The notes below the pieces were generated by a model. It searched no databases and was not told where the DNA came from. It saw only the letters and a list, made by a program, of their open reading frames with translations. Below are positions 59,701 through 64,000 of a stretch of DNA of 64,000 nucleotides, piece by piece; position 1 is the first letter of the stretch; the number at the start of each line of letters is the position of its first letter. Position numbers and translations under genes: made by a program. The DNA is from Eledone cirrhosa (taxonomy: Eukaryota): the NCBI GenBank assembly GCA_964016885.1, contig CAXHJY010001477.1, positions 434,001 through 498,000 of the forward strand. The letters run 5' to 3'.

Positions 59701-62700
59701 ATATATATATACACACAAGTATAGACATACATGTGAATCTATATATACACACAAGTATAGACATACAAGTGAATACATATACACACACAAGTATAGAAAT
59801 ACATGTGAATATATATATATACACACAAGTATAGACATATATTTGAATATATATATATACACACAAGTATAGACATACATGCGAATATATATATACACAC
59901 ACAAGTATAGACATACATGTGAATATATATATATATACACACAAGTATAGACATACATGTGAATATATATATACACACACAAGTATAGACATACATGTGA
60001 ATATATATATATACACACAAGTATAGACATACATGTGAGTATATATATATATACACACAATTATACACATACATGTGAATATATATATATACACACAAGT
60101 ATAGACATACATGTGAATATATATATATACAAGTATAGACATACATGTGAATATATATATACACACAAGTATAGACATACATGTGAATATATATATATAC
60201 ACACACAAGTATAGACATACATGTGAATATATATACACACACAAGTATAGACATACATGTGAATATATATACACACACAAGTATACACATACATGTGAAT
60301 ATATATATACACAAGTATAGGCATACATGTGAATATATATATATATACACACAAGTATAGACATACAAGTGAATATATATATATATACACACAAGTATAG
60401 ACATACATGTGAATATATATATATACACACACAAGTATAGACATACATGTGAATATATATATACACACACAAGTATAGACATACATGTGAATATATATAT
60501 ACACACACAAGTATAGACATACATGTGAATATATATATATACACACACAAGTATAGACATACATGTGAATATATATATACACACACAAGTATAGACATAC
60601 ATGTGAATATATATATACACACACAAGTATAGACATACATGTGAATATATATATACACACAAGTATAGACATACATGTTAATATATATATATACACAAGT
60701 ATAGACATACATGTGATTATATATACACACACAAGTATAGACATACATGTGAATATATATATATACACACAAGTATAGACATATATTTGAATATATATAT
60801 ATACACACAAGTATAGACATACATGTAAATATATATATACACACAAGTATAGACATACATGTGAATATATATATACACAAAAGTATAGACATACATGTGA
60901 ATATATATATATACACACACAAGTATAGACATACATGTGAATATATATATACACACACAAGTATAGACATATATGTGAATATATATATATACACACAAGT
61001 ATAGACATATATTTGAATATATATATATACACACAAGTATAGACATATATTTGAATATAATATAAACACACAAGTATAGACATACATGCGAATATATATA
61101 TACACACACAAGTATAGACATACATGTGAATATATATATATATACACACACAAGTATAGACATACATGTGAATATATATATACACACACAAGTATAGACA
61201 TACATGTGAATATATATATATACACACAAGTATAGACATACATGTGAGTATATATATATATACACACAAGTATAGACATACATGTGAATATATATATATA
61301 CACACAAGTATAGACATACATGTGAATATATATATATACAAGTATAGACATACATGTGAATATATATATACACACAAGTATAGACATACATGTGAATATA
61401 TATACACACACAAGTATAGACATACATGTGAATATATATATATATATGCACACAAGTATAGACATACATGTGAATATATATATACACACAAGTATAGACA
61501 TACATGTGAATATATATATATATATACACACAAGTATAGACATATATGTGAATCTATATATACACACAAGTATAGACATACATGTGAATATATATACACA
61601 CACAAGTATACACATACATGTGAATATATATATACACAAGTATAGGCATACATGTGAATATATATATATATACACACAAGTATAGACATACAAGTGAATA
61701 TATATATATATACACACAAGTATAGACATACATGTGAATATATATATATACACACACAAGTATAGACATACATGTGAATATATATATACACACACAAGTA
61801 TAGACATACATGTGAATATATATATATATACACAAGTATAGACATACATGTGAATATATATATACACACAAGTATAGACATACATGTGAATATATATATA
61901 TACACACACAAGTATAGACATACATGTGAATATATATATATACACAAGTATAGACATACATGTGAATATATATATATATATATATACACAAGTATAGACA
62001 TACATGTGAATATATATATACACACAAGTATAGACATACATGTGAATATATATATATATACACACACAAGTATAGACATACATGTGAATATATATATATA
62101 CACACACACAAGTATAGACATACATGTGATTATATATATACACACACAAGTATAGACATGCATGTGAATATATATATATACACATACACAAGTATAGACA
62201 TACATGTGAATATATATATATACACACAAGTATAGACATACATTTGAATATATATATATATACACACAAGTATAGACATACATGTGATTATATACACACA
62301 CACAAGTATAGACATACATGTGAATATATATATATATACACACAAGTATAGACATACATGTGAATATATATACACACACAAGTATACACATACATGTGAA
62401 TATATATATATACACAAGTATAGGCATACATGTGAATATATATATATATACACACAAGTATAGACATACAAGTGAATATATATATATATACACACAAGTA
62501 TAGACATACATGTGAATATATATATATACACACAAGTATAGACATACATGTGAATATATATACACACACAAGTATAGACATACATTTGAATATATATATA
62601 TATACACACAAGTATAGACATACATGTGATTATATACACACACACAAGTATAGACATACATGTGAATATATATATATATATACACACAAGTATAGACATA

Positions 62701-64000
62701 CATGTGAATATATATATACACACACAAGTATAGACATACATTTGAATATATATATATACACACAAGTATAGACATACATGTGAATATATATATACACACA
62801 AGTATAGACATACATGTGAATATATATACACACAAGTATAGACATACATGTGAATATATATATATACAAGTATAGACATACATGTGAATATATATATATA
62901 TAAGTATAGACATACACACACATATATACACACACAAGTATACACATACATGTGAATATATATATATACACAAGTATAGGCATACATGTGAATATATATA
63001 TATATACACACAAGTATAGACATACAAGTGAATATATATATATATACACACAAGTATAGACATACATGTGAATATATATATATACACACAAGTATAGACA
63101 TACATGTGAATATATATACACACACAAGTATAGACATACATTTGAATATATATATATATACACACAAGTATAGACATACATGTGATTATATACACACACA
63201 CAAGTATAGACATACATGTGAATATATATATATATATACACACAAGTATAGACATACATGTGAATATATATATACACACACAAGTATAGACATACATTTG
63301 AATATATATATATACACACAAGTATAGACATACATGTGAATATATATATACACACAAGTATAGACATACATGTGAATATATATACACACAAGTATAGACA
63401 TACATGTGAATATATATATATACAAGTATAGACATACATGTGAATATATATATATATAAGTATAGACATACATGTGAATATATATATATACACACACAAG
63501 TATAGACATACATGTGAATATATATATATATACACACAAGTATAGACATACATGTGAATATATATATATACACACAAGTATACACATACATGTGAATATA
63601 TATATATACAAGTATAGACATACATGTGAATATATATATATATAAGTATAGACATACATGTGAATATATATATATATATACACACAAGTATAGACATACA
63701 TGTGAATATATATATACACACAAGTATAGACATACATGTGAATATATATATATACACAAGTATAGACATACATGTGAATATATATATATACACACAAGTA
63801 TAGACATACATGTGAATATATATACACACATAAGTATAGACATACATGTGAGTATATATATACACACAAGTATAGATATACATGTGAATATATATATATA
63901 CACACACAAGTATAGACATACATGTGAATATATATATATACACACAAGTATAGACATACATGTGAATATATATATACACACAAGTATAGAGATACATGTG
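53210..64000. repeat. 6169-bp tandem duplication within satellite B (second copy cut by the window edge)
   Basis: ORF-track entries offset by 6169 (53570/59739, 54548/60717, 55075/61244, 55961/62130, 56859/63028); indel at 54890/61059; chimeric monomer at 56741/62910. Confidence 0.9.

Larger units (their letters stand above)
40318..64000. repeat. Satellite B: microsatellite-containing minisatellite, core CAAGTATAGACATACATGTGAAT plus variable (AT)n(AC)m, monomer ~34-46 bp, about 620 copies, runs off the right edge
   Basis: Read directly: the core recurs throughout and monomer length varies in 2-nt steps. Confidence 0.98.

Noticed and set aside
40227-63997. Dozens of long ORFs (up to 2334 aa) in the ORF track
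   Set aside because: They are translations of satellite B, overlap in all frames, are low-complexity and have no domain; the minus-strand consensus simply lacks stop codons.
40318-64000. CRISPR-like layout (semi-palindromic constant core plus variable spacer)
   Set aside because: The spacers are only 10-22-nt (AT)n(AC)m tracts, not unique sequences; there are no cas genes or leader, and the context is eukaryotic.

Overview
Eukaryotic heterochromatin-type window with no intact protein-coding gene. Bases 1-38303 are a tandem array of a 47-bp AT-rich satellite (about 815 monomers) with nested higher-order repeats (7-mer/329 bp, 51-mer/2398 bp, 3903 bp, 11659 bp). A ~2-kb unique island (38304-~40317) holds the 5' part of a dead minus-strand RTE-like LINE: AP-endonuclease plus linker, six in-frame stops, no frameshift, and no RT domain because satellite A takes its place. 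From ~40318 to the end is a second, unrelated ~34-46-bp satellite (constant core plus variable (AT)n(AC)m, about 620 monomers) with 0.5-6.2 kb duplications; it generates all the giant spurious ORFs. The LINE protein and TA/CA-rich repeats resemble what I recall from cephalopod (Octopus-like) genomes, but that is unverified. The most unusual signal is that the 47-bp monomer parses almost entirely as a minimal hammerhead-ribozyme core (CUGAAGA - stem II - [G/U]AA-AUUAAU-C). G12 is intact in one monomer per 329-bp unit, but stem I is missing, so catalytic activity is doubtful and needs testing.
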